A DNA stretch of 54,441 bases from Sphingobacteriia bacterium (GTDB lineage Bacteria; Bacteroidota; Bacteroidia; Bacteroidales; 4484-276). Below the pieces are notes generated by a model. The model was not told the DNA's origin. It saw only the letters and a list, made by a program, of their open reading frames with translations, and did not search any database. Where the stretch lies: positions 1-54,441 of the forward strand of contig RZYY01000002.1 in assembly GCA_009930115.1 (NCBI GenBank), written 5' to 3'. Both the position numbers and the translations under genes were made by a program. Below, piece by piece: positions 53,598 through 54,441 of this stretch (positions are counted from its first letter, which is position 1; every line of letters begins with the position of its first letter).

Positions 53598-54293
53598 TTA
53601 TATCTTTATCACCTTCCTTGTTACAACCGACTTCCCGTTGTTCAAACTCAGGAAATAAATTCCTTTGTTAAGCGACTTCAGATTGATACCGAAGGACGGT
53701 TGGTTGAATTGCTGTCCGTGGGCTACTGCTTTGCCCATCAGATCATAAACTGTCCAGGTTATGGTTTCATGGCGCAGTCCGGTTTCTACAACCACTTCAT
53801 CCTCAAAAGGGTTTGGAAAAACTTTTATTGAGAACGTTTCGGGAATGACTTCACTCACACCAAGCGACTCAATATAAAAATCCTTCACCTGCTGAATCCG
53901 TTCTTTCAGCAGCGTCACGCTGGAAAGGTTATCACCTTCATAATCCCTTGCAAATACCAGCGCAAAATCAAGTGTAAGGGTGTCGCCACTCAAGAAAGTT
54001 ATCGGACCTGTAGTTACCAAGCCTCTCTTGTTTCCTGGTAATATCCCGGCCGATTTCTCAGTCCACCCCTCGTTGGTAACCGGATTGCCTGGGAAGGCAT
54101 AGCTGACCGGTATCTCGCCACCGTGTCCGGTTCCGCCAAAAGTGAGCGGAGTGCCATCACGCCAGATGGATTTCATGTAGTTGTAGAACTCAATGGCATG
54201 TTGTGGAGGAGTTTGGTTTTCAGGTGATGGATGTACACTGCTATAGTAAAAATAGGTATAATGGACAAAAAGGAGGCTGTTTTTGAGTAGTTT
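53598..54293 (-). pseudogene. 3' portion of a T9SS cargo gene, with the 5' part and signal peptide missing or interrupted
   Basis: The frame is open from the stop at 54294-54296. Family-like sequence begins around ..PQHAIEFYNYMKSIWRDGTPLTFGGTGHGG with no signal peptide. The T9SS CTD is at the end (VFPNPFEDEVVVE..GIYFLSLNNGKSVVTRKVIKI). The upstream junction coincides with the 21-bp repeats. Confidence 0.5.
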
Positions 54294-54322
54294 TATTCAA
54301 GTGGACAAAAAGGAGGCTGTTT
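54262..54322. repeat. Two perfect 21-bp direct repeats (TGGACAAAAAGGAGGCTGTTT) with a 40-bp period
   Basis: Read directly at 54262-54282 and 54302-54322. Each contains AAGGAGG. Confidence 0.9.
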
Positions 54323-54441
54323 ATTTTGTGGTACTTTCTAACTTATTGTTCTATTGCATTACATTTGCCAAATCAAGTGAAACGGAAGCAGGCTCTGCTG
54401 GAGAGCAACCTGCCAGGGATAAGCTTGACGGCTTTCAAAAA

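Noticed and set aside
1-54441. Search for CRISPR arrays, tRNA/rRNA genes, integrases, transposases and reverse transcriptases
   Set aside because: I saw no regularly spaced 25-40-bp repeats, no cloverleaf-like segments in the intergenic regions I inspected, and no ORF with recombinase or RT motifs. This was a visual scan only. tRNAscan-SE, Infernal or minced would be decisive.

Overview
This 54.4-kb window looks like a Bacteroidota chromosome segment. The evidence is eight ORFs ending in type IX secretion (T9SS) C-terminal sorting domains, TTTG/TAnnTTTG-type promoters and short leaders without Shine-Dalgarno sequences. There are three kinds of content. (1) 1-4.9 kb is a visibly AT-rich accessory island. 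It holds two tandem restriction-modification modules, one with a truncated methyltransferase, then about 870 bp of repeat-ridden non-coding DNA. The second module is bracketed by ~110-bp direct repeats that carry promoters. (2) Housekeeping blocks contain a Pif1-type helicase, purL, yebC, dut, a TPR protein, a lipoprotein, glyQS, xseAB, an FAD oxidoreductase, an FtsX/LolE-like permease, a SAM methyltransferase, rbfA and an MsbA-like ABC exporter. (3) Interleaved with these are very large secreted T9SS cargo genes. They comprise two tandem FG-GAP paralogs, two tandem C25 (gingipain-like) peptidases, and an ECF-sigma / membrane-anchored beta-barrel / 9xPKD operon. A beta-helix protein, a papain-like multidomain peptidase and a 5'-truncated cargo gene at the right edge complete the set. 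I found no rRNA, tRNA, CRISPR array, integrase or transposase. I cannot show an unambiguous new system. The best candidates for follow-up are the repeat-bracketed R-M insertion beside an apparently orphan nuclease, the modular protease set sharing uncharacterised domains, the sigma/beta-barrel/PKD operon, and a REC-REC-PPDK_N protein that lacks a phosphohistidine domain. All family assignments come from motif recognition by eye and need database confirmation.
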